A stretch of DNA of 62,394 bases, filler included. It is 5 parts of 5 records of this genome, joined end to end, with 100 filler letters (N's around TTAATTAATTAA, not from the genome) between each part and the next. Parts side by side here need not be neighbours in the genome. Positions count along the whole stretch, not along the records: positions 30,143 to 47,685 come from SRR20825019_3050; 4 more parts are not named here. One strand, 5' to 3'. The translations under genes and the position numbers were made by a program. The notes under the pieces were generated by a model that was not told the origin of the DNA, ran no database searches, and was given only the letters and a program-made list of their open reading frames with translations. This document shows positions 32,911 to 42,951 of the stretch, in pieces (position 1 is the first letter of the stretch; each line of letters opens with the position of its first letter).

Positions 32911-34338
32911 ATGTCGCCCGAAGAGTTCCGCCGTCACGCCCATGACCTTGTCGACTGGATGGCCGACTATATGGAGACGGTGGAGAACTATCCGGTGCGC
33001 GCGCAGACCGCGCCAGGCGAGATCGCCGCAAAGCTGCCGGAGACGCCGCCGGACGCAGGCGAGTCGATGGAGCGGATCTTCGCGGATTTCAAATCGGACG
33101 TGATGCCGGGCATCACCCATTGGCAGCACCCGCGCTTTTTCGCCTATTTCCCGGCCAACAGCTCGCCGCCGTCGGTGCTGGCGGAAATGCTGACGGCCAC
33201 ACTCGGCGCGCAATGCATGCTGTGGCAGACAAGCCCGGCGGCGACCGAAATGGAAACCCGGGTGCTGGACTGGCTCCGGCAGATGACGGGTTTGCCGGAG
33301 GGGTTAACCGGCGTCATCCAGGATTCCGCCTCCGGAGCGATCCTCTGTGCCCTGCTGACGGCGCGGGAAAAGGTGACCAACTGGAACACCAACGAGCGCG
33401 GGCTCGGCCAACAACCGGTATTGACGGTCTACACCTCGAACCAGACCCACTCCGCGACCGAGAAGAACGTGAAGATTATCGGGCTCGGGCGGGAGAATCT
33501 CCGGCTGATCGACGTGGACGATAATTTCGCCCTGCGTCCGGATGTGCTTGAGGAGCGGATTCTGGCGGACAAGGCGGCCGGATGCGTTCCGACATGCGTT
33601 GTCGCTTCCATCGGTGCCACCGGTGTTGGCGCCGTCGACCCGCTTCGGGCCATTGGCGAGATTTGCGAGCGGTACGGCATCTTCCTGCATGTCGACGCGG
33701 CATGGGCGGGAACGGCCTGGTTACTTCCGGAACAGCGCTGGATGCTGGACGGTATCGAATATGCCGACAGCATCGTCTTCAATCCGCACAAATGGATGCT
33801 GACGAATTTCGATTGTTCGGCCCATTTCGTGCGCGATCCGGATGCGCTGATCCGTACGCTTTCCATCCTGCCGGAATTCCTGAAAAGCCGGGAGCAGGGC
33901 GCGGTGATCGATTACCGGGACTGGAGCGTGCCGCTTGGCCGCCGCTTCCGGGCGTTGAAGCTCTGGATGGTGATCCGGTCCTATGGCGCCGAGGGCTTGC
34001 GCAAGATTATCCGCAAACATATCGATCTCGCGGCAATGCTTGAGGAATGGATCGCCGCCGAGCCGGATTTCGAGATCGTCGCGCCGCGCTCTCTGGCGCT
34101 GATCAATTTTCGCTACCACCCGACTGGCATCGACGAGCCGGAGGCGCTCGACCGCCTGAATGCGGCCTTGCTGCAGCGGATCAATGATGACGGGCGGATT
34201 TACCTCACCCAGAACAAGGTCCGGGGCCGGGCGGCCATCCGCTTTTCCATCGGGCAGACCAACACCGAACAGCGCCATGTCCGAGAAGGCTGGGGCGTGG
34301 TCACCGAAATCGCACGCAGTCTCGACACGGAACTCTGA
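32911..34338 (+). CDS. Group II PLP-dependent aromatic-L-amino-acid decarboxylase
   Basis: PGITHWQHPRFFAYFP, SPAATEME, LHVDAAWAG, FNPHKWMLTNFDCS, LGRRFRALKLW. Confidence 0.92.
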   Translation: MSPEEFRRHAHDLVDWMADYMETVENYPVRAQTAPGEIAAKLPETPPDAGESMERIFADFKSDVMPGITHWQHPRFFAYFPANSSPPSVLAEMLTATLGAQCMLWQTSPAATEMETRVLDWLRQMTGLPEGLTGVIQDSASGAILCALLTAREKVTNWNTNERGLGQQPVLTVYTSNQTHSATEKNVKIIGLGRENLRLIDVDDNFALRPDVLEERILADKAAGCVPTCVVASIGATGVGAVDPLRAIGEICERYGIFLHVDAAWAGTAWLLPEQRWMLDGIEYADSIVFNPHKWMLTNFDCSAHFVRDPDALIRTLSILPEFLKSREQGAVIDYRDWSVPLGRRFRALKLWMVIRSYGAEGLRKIIRKHIDLAAMLEEWIAAEPDFEIVAPRSLALINFRYHPTGIDEPEALDRLNAALLQRINDDGRIYLTQNKVRGRAAIRFSIGQTNTEQRHVREGWGVVTEIARSLDTEL

Positions 34339-34359
34339 ACAACAGGAGCCAGGGGAATT

Positions 34360-35040
34360 ATGGGTTTGTATGGAACCGGTATGCTGATGACCTTCACCGA
34401 GGTCGCGCCGGAAGACGAGGACGAATACAACGAGTGGTACAATCGCGAGCATATCGATGAGCGCGTCTGGATGCCCGGTTTTCACCGTGCCCGGCGTTAT
34501 GTCGCGGCGGATGCCGATGCCCGGGTGAAATATTTCGCCAGCTACGAGACCGGCACGGTGCAGGATCTGGCGGACCCGGATTATATGGCCCGGCTCGCAG
34601 TGCAGAGTGAGTGGAGCCAGAAGGTCATGGCGGGATTCACCAAGTTTGACCGGCTAACGGCCGATATCACCATCGATCAGACTCACGGGGTGTGCGGCTG
34701 GCTGGGGGTGACGCGCCTGTTCCCGGAAGAAGGCGTGCGGGACCGGCTGCGCGAAAGTCTCAAGACGGCTGTGCTGCCTGAGCTGGGCAAGCGTTTGAAC
34801 ATGCTTGGCGGCTGTCTTGCCGAGAACAATATCGATGTCAGTAACGCCGGTCTGGTGGCACAGGGTAAGCCAGTGCCGCCGGGGCAGACCCCGGAGTGGG
34901 TCGTGCTGCTGGATGGCGCCACGGAGGCAGCGGTACGTGATGCCAATGATGGTCTTGCCGAGGCGCTGGAGGATGCCGGAATCGACGGGGTCAGTCTGGA
35001 CCGGACGATTTACGGATTCCTATTTGGAAACAACCGATAA
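34360..35040 (+). CDS. DUF4286/EthD-like dimeric alpha+beta barrel protein
   Basis: EDEYNEWYNREHIDERVWMPGFHRARRY...YFASYE. Confidence 0.7.
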   Translation: MGLYGTGMLMTFTEVAPEDEDEYNEWYNREHIDERVWMPGFHRARRYVAADADARVKYFASYETGTVQDLADPDYMARLAVQSEWSQKVMAGFTKFDRLTADITIDQTHGVCGWLGVTRLFPEEGVRDRLRESLKTAVLPELGKRLNMLGGCLAENNIDVSNAGLVAQGKPVPPGQTPEWVVLLDGATEAAVRDANDGLAEALEDAGIDGVSLDRTIYGFLFGNNR

Positions 35041-35093
35041 GCGCCGGGCGTCTTTACTTGAGCGAGGGTTGCCGCGCGCGTACTCTGGCTCGC

Positions 35094-37586
35094 ATGAGAA
35101 GATATGCGTTCCGCTTCCGGGTTTTGCTCATGACGGCCTTTGGTCTGGCTGTCATGAGCCCTGCCGCGCATGCGGTAAATAAGGAAGCGATGGATAATCT
35201 CTCCATCAGCATCTCCATGAATCCGCTCATGGCGGTGATTTTCTCGTTTCTGCTCGCATCCGCCATAGCTCTGATCGTCACCCAGATATTATACCGGCGG
35301 CGTTTCAACGCCTTGCGGGCAGAGCGGGATGCGCTCGCCGCGGCTCTCGACGGGCGTGATGCGGCATTGCAGGTGCCTCATATCGGCGTGATCGGGATGA
35401 TCACGGATGGTGCGGCCGGAAGCGGGTCGGTGCTGCGCTACGTCAGCCCGTCTGTCGGCACACTGCTGCGCGCCGATGCGGAGCGGCTGCGCACGATCAA
35501 CGATATGGCCGGTTATCTCGCCGACGGCGCGGGGGCCACGCTGGAATCCGTTGTCCGGACCCTGATGGCTGAAGGGAAAGCCTTTTCCTTTGTGACCGAG
35601 ATTCGGAACAGCTCCCGTGTTCTCAGGATTTCGGGCGTTCCGGTGGAGGCGGGAACCGGGGTGTCTCCGCGGGCGGCTATCGCGCTGGTCGATATTTCGG
35701 AAGAATCCCAAAGCCGGGTGATCGCGGAAGAGGAGGCGCGCAGCAGAAGGCGCCGGAACGAGGATCTTCTGGCGTCCATCAATTTGCAGACCATTCCGTT
35801 CTGGCGGCGCGACGAAAACCTGCATATTCGCTTTGCGAATATCGCCGCCGATGTCATCGATCTGGATTCGGAACCGGCGCGCGATACCTCGCGGCGCGCC
35901 CGACGGCTCGGGGCGCTCTATTCGGAAAGCCGCTTTATCGTTGTCGATGGCGAGCGCAGGCTCTTCGAGGTGACCGAGGCGCCGAGCCCGGATGCACGCG
36001 GGACTGTCGGCTGGGCCACGGATGTCACCTCCCTCGAGGAAGCGCAGGCCGAGATCGCGCGGCATATCGCTGCGCATGAGGATGTGCTCGAAGGCCTGAC
36101 CACGGCGATCGCGATTTTCGGCCCGGACAAGCGTCTGAAATTCTTCAACAGTGCCTTTGCCGATCTCTGGCAGGTCGATCCGGCGCAACTCGATGCGGAC
36201 CCGACCATAACTGAATTCCTCGAATTGCTCCGGGAATTGCGCCGGCTGCCGGAACAATCGGATTTCCGGGCTTACCGGGATCATTGGAACGGGCTTTTCA
36301 CCCGCCTGATCGATCCGATGGAAGATTTCTTTTTCCTGCCGGACGACCGCACGCTCCGCATGGTGGTGATGTCGCATCCTTTCGGCGGTCTGTTCCTGAC
36401 CTTCGAGGATGTAACGGACAGGCTGGCTTTGGAGCGGAGTTACAATACGCTGAACGAGGTGCAGCGCGAGACCATCGACAATCTTGCCGAAGGCGTTGTC
36501 GTGTTCGGGGCGGACGGGCGGATGACGCTGTCCAATCCGACCTTCCTCAGTATGTGGGATCTCGATCCGGAATTCCGGGATCAGTCGCTGCATGTTTCGG
36601 ACGTTCTTGACGCGATGCGCCCCCTCTTTCCGGTCCTGGAGGAGCGGGATTGGGACGATTACAAACAGGAATTCGCCGCCCGGTTCGCCGACAGGGTGTC
36701 CGAGCATGGCCGTACCGAACGGCCGGACGGAACCGCGCTCGAATATTCCTTCGTCCCGCTCCCGGATGGCGCGACGCTGGTCAATTTCCTGGATGTGACG
36801 GATACGCTGAATGTGCAGCGCGCATTGCAGGACCGGAACGAGGCTCTGGAAACCGCAGACCGGCTGAAGAGCGAGTTCATTGCCAATGTATCCTACGAGC
36901 TGCGCACGCCGCTCAATGCGATCATCGGATTTGCCGAGATGCTCAACGATGGCTATGTCGGCGAGGTCAGCGAGAAGCAGAGTGAATATCTGAAAGCCAT
37001 TCTCGAATCTTCAGGCCGTCTCTCTGCACTGATCGGCAATATCATTGATCTTGCCTCCATCGAGGCTGGTTATCTGACACTCGAGCCCCGGGAACTCAAT
37101 GTCCGGGAGGTTGCCGATGCGGCGGTGTTGCTGATCGAGGAACGGGCTCGCAGTCAGGGTGTCGAGATCGTGATCGATCTCGACGAGGCGGTGAGCGTGA
37201 TCGAGGCGGATGACCGCCGGCTCCGGCAAATCCTGTTCAATCTGATGTCCAGTGCACTGCAATTCACGTCGCAAGGGGAGCGGATCAATCTCTCTGTTCG
37301 CGCGGAAGGCGACAGCATTCTGTTTGCCGTCACGGATGATGGCAGCGGCGTGCCCGAAGAGATGCGCAACCTGATTTTCGAGGCTTTCTCCGGGCCGGAT
37401 CGGGGCGGCAGGGCACAGGGGCCGGATCTGGCGCTGCCGCTGGTACGGCGGCTGGTCGAATTGCATGGCGGATCCATGTCGGTGAAGCCGGTTGAGGGTG
37501 CCGGGTTGTGTATCCAGTGCCGTCTTCCGCGCCACGCCGTAACGCCGGGGGCGGCTTCAGCCCTGGCGGATGAGCTGATCCTATGA
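35094..37586 (+). CDS. divL: DivL-like multi-PAS pseudo-histidine kinase (alternative start 35190)
   Basis: H-box SEFIANVSYELRTPL has Tyr in place of His. Degenerate N/G2 boxes (NLMSSA, GPDLALPLV). Immediately upstream of tsaE. Confidence 0.8.
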   Translation: MRRYAFRFRVLLMTAFGLAVMSPAAHAVNKEAMDNLSISISMNPLMAVIFSFLLASAIALIVTQILYRRRFNALRAERDALAAALDGRDAALQVPHIGVIGMITDGAAGSGSVLRYVSPSVGTLLRADAERLRTINDMAGYLADGAGATLESVVRTLMAEGKAFSFVTEIRNSSRVLRISGVPVEAGTGVSPRAAIALVDISEESQSRVIAEEEARSRRRRNEDLLASINLQTIPFWRRDENLHIRFANIAADVIDLDSEPARDTSRRARRLGALYSESRFIVVDGERRLFEVTEAPSPDARGTVGWATDVTSLEEAQAEIARHIAAHEDVLEGLTTAIAIFGPDKRLKFFNSAFADLWQVDPAQLDADPTITEFLELLRELRRLPEQSDFRAYRDHWNGLFTRLIDPMEDFFFLPDDRTLRMVVMSHPFGGLFLTFEDVTDRLALERSYNTLNEVQRETIDNLAEGVVVFGADGRMTLSNPTFLSMWDLDPEFRDQSLHVSDVLDAMRPLFPVLEERDWDDYKQEFAARFADRVSEHGRTERPDGTALEYSFVPLPDGATLVNFLDVTDTLNVQRALQDRNEALETADRLKSEFIANVSYELRTPLNAIIGFAEMLNDGYVGEVSEKQSEYLKAILESSGRLSALIGNIIDLASIEAGYLTLEPRELNVREVADAAVLLIEERARSQGVEIVIDLDEAVSVIEADDRRLRQILFNLMSSALQFTSQGERINLSVRAEGDSILFAVTDDGSGVPEEMRNLIFEAFSGPDRGGRAQGPDLALPLVRRLVELHGGSMSVKPVEGAGLCIQCRLPRHAVTPGAASALADELIL

Positions 37587-38113
37587 CGGCAGGTGTTGCC
37601 GAGGCGCGCCTTGAGCTTAACGGGCAATCTGCAACGGAGGGCCTGGCCCGCGCGTGTGCGGGCTTTGCCGCTCCGGGCGGCGTTTTTCTGCTTTCAGGAG
37701 GACTCGGCGCCGGTAAGTCGACCTTCGCCCGCGCCTTCGTGCGCGCGTTGATGGGGGCGGAGGAAGAAGTGCCCAGTCCGACCTTCACCCTGGTGCAGCA
37801 ATATGGCCCGCTTGATCGTGACGGGGTCGAGCTGGAGGTTTGGCATGCCGATCTCTATCGGCTCGGCGATCCGGATGAAGTTCTCGAGCTCGGGCTGGAT
37901 GAAGCCTTCGGCACGGCGATCTGTCTTGTCGAATGGCCGGACCGTCTCGGCCCCTTTGCCCCGAAGGACGCCATTGAATTGATTTTCGACTTCGCAGCGG
38001 ATAAAGCCGCAGGACCGGAAGCGCGCCGGGTTACGGCGCGGGTTCCGGACACATGGCGCCCGGCTTTTGCCGCCGCTTGCGAGGAAGCCGGAATGGAGCT
38101 GGCGTGGACTTGA
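37583..38113 (+). CDS. tsaE: tRNA t6A biosynthesis ATPase
   Basis: LSGGLGAGKSTF, VPSPTFTLVQ, HADLYRL, LVEWP. Confidence 0.95.
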   Translation: MTAGVAEARLELNGQSATEGLARACAGFAAPGGVFLLSGGLGAGKSTFARAFVRALMGAEEEVPSPTFTLVQQYGPLDRDGVELEVWHADLYRLGDPDEVLELGLDEAFGTAICLVEWPDRLGPFAPKDAIELIFDFAADKAAGPEARRVTARVPDTWRPAFAAACEEAGMELAWT

Positions 38114-39150
38114 TGATGAATGCGAATGCTGCGGATATGAGAGACACGGTCCGGCGCGCGTTCTGGCAGGGCGCAGGTTGGGGAGACGCAGAGGAAGTGC
38201 TGCTCGCGGCTGACGCCTCGTTCCGGCGCTACTTCCGGCTGAAGCGTGCTGACGGTCAAACCGCGATCGTCATGGATGCCCCGCCGGAAAAGGAAGACGT
38301 CCGGCCATTCGTTGCCGTGGGCGAAATCCTCTCCGGTTTCGGCTACAGCGTTCCGCGCCTGTTGGCCGCCGATCAGACGGATGGATTTCTGCTGCTGGAG
38401 GATCTGGGCGATATCACCTACACCCGTGCACTCGCTGCGGGCGAGGATGAGGGCGCCCTCTATGATCTGGCGGCGGATCTGCTGACGGACCTGGCAAAGC
38501 GCGGGCTTGATGGTGTTGCGGAACGGGTGCCGGCCTACAGCGACGAAAAGCTGCTGCAGGAGGTGATGCTGTTCGTCGACTGGTATCTCCGCCCCGGTGT
38601 CGGACTTGAGATCGACGATGCGGCCCGCGAAGCCTTCGCCGATGCATGGCGGGCCTGCCTGCCTGCCGCCCGTTGCGGCGCGGAAGTACTCGTTCTCCGG
38701 GATTACCATGTCGACAACATCATGCTGCTTCCGGACCGCTCGGGCATTGCCGCCTGCGGTTTGCTGGATTTTCAGGACGCGGTGACCGGCCCGGCCAGTT
38801 ATGACCTCGTATCGCTGCTGCAGGATTGCCGCCGGGACATTCCGGAGGCTGTCATCTCGTCGGTCACGGAACGTTACCTCGCCGCTATGCCGGAGATCGA
38901 GGACCGGGAAGCCTTCCTCAGTTCCTACCGCGTGCTTGGCGCGCAGCGTCATTTCAAGGTGCTGGGAATCTTCGCGCGTCAGACGGTGCTCTATGGCAAA
39001 CACGGCTATCTGGTGCATATGCCGCGGCTCTGGAGGCTGGCTCTGGAGAATTTATCCGACGAGTCTCTTGCACCCGTCCGGGAATGGATCGAAAAACACG
39101 TGCCAGAGTCCCATCGCGTGACACCGCCGCCGGGCGGATGCGCTGCCTGA
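38113..39150 (+). CDS. amgK: N-acetylmuramate/N-acetylglucosamine kinase (APH family)
   Basis: DASFRRYFRL, MDAPP, LLEDLGD, RDYHVDN, LDFQDA, QRHFKVLGIF. Confidence 0.88.
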   Translation: MMNANAADMRDTVRRAFWQGAGWGDAEEVLLAADASFRRYFRLKRADGQTAIVMDAPPEKEDVRPFVAVGEILSGFGYSVPRLLAADQTDGFLLLEDLGDITYTRALAAGEDEGALYDLAADLLTDLAKRGLDGVAERVPAYSDEKLLQEVMLFVDWYLRPGVGLEIDDAAREAFADAWRACLPAARCGAEVLVLRDYHVDNIMLLPDRSGIAACGLLDFQDAVTGPASYDLVSLLQDCRRDIPEAVISSVTERYLAAMPEIEDREAFLSSYRVLGAQRHFKVLGIFARQTVLYGKHGYLVHMPRLWRLALENLSDESLAPVREWIEKHVPESHRVTPPPGGCAA

Positions 39151-39166
39151 GGAAGTTCCGACCACC

Positions 39167-39931
39167 ATGCTGCTGACCCGCCTTAAGACCAAAAAGACGA
39201 CGATCCCCGAGACTGCAATGATCCTCGCAGCCGGACGGGGGACGCGGTTGGCGCCGCTGACCGACAAGATTCCGAAACCGCTGACCGAAGTCGACGGCAA
39301 GCCGCTGATCGACCATATCCTGGAGCGGCTGGTCGCAGTCGGTGTGAAGCGCGTGGTGGTGAATGTCTTCCATCTCGGCGAGCAGATCGAAGCGCATCTT
39401 GCCGGCCGGACGGATGTGGAAATTGTCATCAGCCGTGAGGACAGCCTGCTCGATACCGGCGGTGGCGTTGTAAATGCCCTGCCGCTGCTCGGGTCGGCGC
39501 CGTTCTTCGTGATCAACGGCGACAGCCTCTGGGTCGATGCGATGAAGCCGACGCTGGAGAGACTGGCCGAGGCCTGGCATGCGGAAACCATGGATGCGCT
39601 GTTACTGCTGCATCCTTCTTCCCGCGTCTCGGGCTCCCTCGGCAGGGGGGACTTCACCATGGGGCCGATGGGTAATTTGACCCGCCGGGAAGAGAGACGG
39701 GTTGCACCCTATACCTATATGGGCGCCTCGATCCTGCATCCGCGCCTGTTCGACGGTGCGCCGGACGGTGCTTTCTCTCTGAACCTGCTCTATGACAGGG
39801 CCGAGGAGTCAGAGCGCCTCTACGGTGCCCTGCATGACGGGCTCTGGTATCATATCAGCACGATCGAGGATCTGGAGCAGGCGCGGAAGCTTTTCGCGCA
39901 AGGGCATGTGCCCGATGTGCCTTTCTTCTGA
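39167..39931 (+). CDS. murU: MurNAc-1-phosphate uridylyltransferase
   Basis: AMILAAGRGTRLAPLTDKIPKPL, LDTGGG, INGD. Follows amgK. Confidence 0.88.
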   Translation: MLLTRLKTKKTTIPETAMILAAGRGTRLAPLTDKIPKPLTEVDGKPLIDHILERLVAVGVKRVVVNVFHLGEQIEAHLAGRTDVEIVISREDSLLDTGGGVVNALPLLGSAPFFVINGDSLWVDAMKPTLERLAEAWHAETMDALLLLHPSSRVSGSLGRGDFTMGPMGNLTRREERRVAPYTYMGASILHPRLFDGAPDGAFSLNLLYDRAEESERLYGALHDGLWYHISTIEDLEQARKLFAQGHVPDVPFF

Positions 39932-39954
39932 GGTCCGGTAACAAGGGAGGCGGC

Positions 39955-42948
39955 ATGAGTGTCGGCGGGCTCTACGCCATCGAGGCGACGGACGGTTTCG
40001 CCGACACGCTGGCGCGGGGGCTCTGGCATGAGGCAGGAGAGGATCCGATGGTCCTCGCCCGGATGTCCGTCCTGGTACCGACCCGCCGTGCGGTCCGTAC
40101 CCTTCGCGAAAGTTTTCTTCGTCTCGGCAATGGCCGTCCGATGCTGCTGCCCGCGCTGCGTCCCGTTGGCGATATCGACGATGACGAGGCGGGATTCAGC
40201 GGGCTGGACGGTGCCGCTGCTGCCGGTGATCTGCCGCCTGCCATTCCGGGTCTGCGTCGCCAACTTCTGCTGACTCAGCTGGTTCAGCGTTTTCTTGAAC
40301 GCAAGGACAGCGGCACCGCTATCCAGGCCGCCGGGATCGACCATGCGGCATTGCTGGCGGGCGAGCTCGCCAACTTTCTCGATCAGGTCCATACCGAGCA
40401 GGTACCCTATGCGGGCCTCGCCGATCTGGCGAAGGAGCGTTACGCATCGCACTGGCAGGAAGTGCTGGAGTTTCTCTCCATTGCCACCGAATTCTGGCCG
40501 GCTCTATTAGCAGAGGAAGGGGCGGTGGAAGCACCGCTCCGGCATTCCGCTCTTGTTGATCGGCTCTCGGCACGCTGGGCGGAACAGCCGCCGGAAGATC
40601 CTGTCATCGTCGCCGGATCTACCGGTAGTATTCCGGCCACCGCACGCCTGATGGGCGCGGTGCTGGACCTGCCGCTCGGTGCCGTGGTGCTGCCGGGGCT
40701 GGACCGGGATGCGGATGAGATAACCTGGGCCGCCATCGGACAGGACCCGGGCCATGCACAGCACGGACTGGCTCATCTATTGAAGAGTCTCGGCCGCGAG
40801 CGGTCGGATGTGCGCGAATGGCCGGCATCGGGCACCGGTGCCGCGCGGTCGCCGCGCCGCCGTCTGATTCAGGAGACCCTGCGCCCGGCGGAGACGACGG
40901 AGGCCTGGCGGCGGCTCCCGGAAGAGCATGCGGAGCTTCTGTCCGGCGGTATTGACGGCCTGTCCATGCTGGCCTGTCCCGGCCATCACGAGGAAGCGGA
41001 AACCATTGCCCTGATGCTCCGCGAAGCATTGGAGGACGAGACCCGGACGGCGGCGTTGGTAACGCCCGACCGGGTGCTGGCGCGCCGGGTGAAATCGGCG
41101 CTCCGGCGCTGGGATATAGAGGTTGACGATTCCGCCGGCCAACCGTTGGCGGCGACGGGCCCGATGACCTTCTGGCTGGCAACCGCCGAAATGGCGGCCA
41201 CCGCCTGTGCCCCGGTGCCGCTGCTTGCGGCGCTGAAACATCCGCTTGCCGCAGGCGGTATGGAGACCCCACGTTTCCGCCGCCGGGTCCGCACATTGGA
41301 GCGCACTGTCTTGCGTGGCCCGCGCCCGGCGCCGGGTATCGAGGGACTGCTGAATGCGGTGCGCGACGCGTACTCTGAAGAGGAACAGCAGGATGCGCTT
41401 GACTGGATCGGCAGGCTGGCGCCATCCGTCACGCATTTCTCGGAACTGCTGGACAGCGACGCGACCTCCCTGATCGATCTGCTTTCCGCCCACAACGCCG
41501 TGGCTGAAACGCTGGCGGCAACGAATGAGGAAACCGGCGACCGCAGGCTCTGGGCCGGAGAGGCGGGCGAGGACGCAGCCAACTTCCTTGGTGAGCTGGT
41601 CGAGGCCGTGCGTGACTTCCCGGCCATAGAGGGCCGGTCCTATGGTGCGTTCCTGGAGGCCTTGCTGGTCGGCCGGGTCCATCGTCCGCGATACGGCACG
41701 CATCCGCGTCTGGCCATTCTCGGCCCGCTCGAAGGCCGGCTGCAGCAATTCGATCTGATGGTTCTCGGCGGGTTGAACGAAGGCACCTGGCCGCCGGATC
41801 CCGGCGCCGATCCCTGGATGAGCCGCCCGATGCGGGCCGAGTTCGGTCTGCCGTCGCCGGAGCGCCGCATCGGTCTTTCCGCGCACGATTTCCAGATGGC
41901 GGCTTCGGCGCCCCAGGTGGTGCTGACCCGGGCGGAGCGGGTCGATGGTGCGCCGACTGTCGCGTCGCGCTGGTGGCTGCGTATGGAGACGGTCCTCCGG
42001 GCATTGAGCCTGCAAGACAAGATCGGCCGGCAGGTGGCCGCCTATCCGTTCTGGCAGCAGGCACTGGACGCACCGAAAAAACTGGAGCCGGTTCGTCCTC
42101 CCGCGCCCTGCCCACCGGTCAAGGTACGGCCACGGCGGTTCTCCGTCACGGAGATCGAAACCTGGGTGCGCGATCCTTACGCGATTTATGCAAAGCGCAT
42201 TCTTGGCCTGAAAAGTCTGGATGAGATCGACGAGGATCCGGGAGCTGCGGACCGGGGCACGATGATCCATGATTCGCTGGATCTGTTTGTCCGCGAGTTC
42301 CCGGAAGAGCTTCCGCCAAAGGCCCTGGATCGATTGCTGGAGATCGGCCGGGAACAGTTCGCTCCGGCCATGCTTCGCCCCTCGGTACATGCCTTCTGGT
42401 GGCCGCGCTTCGAGCGGATCGCGGAATGGGTCATGTCTATGGACGGCCCGCGCCGTGCCGAACTTTCCCGGATCTGGACCGAACGCAAGGGGCAGATCAT
42501 GATCCGCGGCCCTCTCGCACCGGTCGAGCTGACCTGCAAGGCGGACCGGATCGAACGGCAGGCAGATGGTAGCTACGTCATCGTCGATTACAAGACTGGG
42601 GCTCCACCGACCGACAAGCAGGTCCGGGCTGGGCTTTCTCCGCAGCTTCCGCTGGAAGCGATGATGCTGGCCATGGATGGTTTCGCGGAAATTCCGGCAG
42701 GTGCCATCGGTGCGCTGGAGTATTGGCGGCTGAGTGGGGGGGAGCCAGCAGGCGAGCGCAAACCCCTGAAAGGCAATCTGGAAGAGCTGATCGAAGAAGC
42801 AGAAGATGGGCTGCTGAAATTGATTGAGGCTTTCGATGACCCCGTGACGCCCTACCGATCCCGTCCTGCCCCCGAACACGCCCCGCGCTATTCCGACTAC
42901 GAGCATCTGGCCCGGGTCAAGGAATGGTCTGCGGCGGGGGAGGTTTAG
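39955..42948 (+). CDS. addB: Double-strand break repair protein AddB
   Basis: LVPTRRA, VAGSTGSIPATA, LGGLNEGTWP, SVTEIETWVRDPY, KADRI...VDYKTG. Confidence 0.96.
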   Translation: MSVGGLYAIEATDGFADTLARGLWHEAGEDPMVLARMSVLVPTRRAVRTLRESFLRLGNGRPMLLPALRPVGDIDDDEAGFSGLDGAAAAGDLPPAIPGLRRQLLLTQLVQRFLERKDSGTAIQAAGIDHAALLAGELANFLDQVHTEQVPYAGLADLAKERYASHWQEVLEFLSIATEFWPALLAEEGAVEAPLRHSALVDRLSARWAEQPPEDPVIVAGSTGSIPATARLMGAVLDLPLGAVVLPGLDRDADEITWAAIGQDPGHAQHGLAHLLKSLGRERSDVREWPASGTGAARSPRRRLIQETLRPAETTEAWRRLPEEHAELLSGGIDGLSMLACPGHHEEAETIALMLREALEDETRTAALVTPDRVLARRVKSALRRWDIEVDDSAGQPLAATGPMTFWLATAEMAATACAPVPLLAALKHPLAAGGMETPRFRRRVRTLERTVLRGPRPAPGIEGLLNAVRDAYSEEEQQDALDWIGRLAPSVTHFSELLDSDATSLIDLLSAHNAVAETLAATNEETGDRRLWAGEAGEDAANFLGELVEAVRDFPAIEGRSYGAFLEALLVGRVHRPRYGTHPRLAILGPLEGRLQQFDLMVLGGLNEGTWPPDPGADPWMSRPMRAEFGLPSPERRIGLSAHDFQMAASAPQVVLTRAERVDGAPTVASRWWLRMETVLRALSLQDKIGRQVAAYPFWQQALDAPKKLEPVRPPAPCPPVKVRPRRFSVTEIETWVRDPYAIYAKRILGLKSLDEIDEDPGAADRGTMIHDSLDLFVREFPEELPPKALDRLLEIGREQFAPAMLRPSVHAFWWPRFERIAEWVMSMDGPRRAELSRIWTERKGQIMIRGPLAPVELTCKADRIERQADGSYVIVDYKTGAPPTDKQVRAGLSPQLPLEAMMLAMDGFAEIPAGAIGALEYWRLSGGEPAGERKPLKGNLEELIEEAEDGLLKLIEAFDDPVTPYRSRPAPEHAPRYSDYEHLARVKEWSAAGEV

Positions 42949-42951
42949 GCG

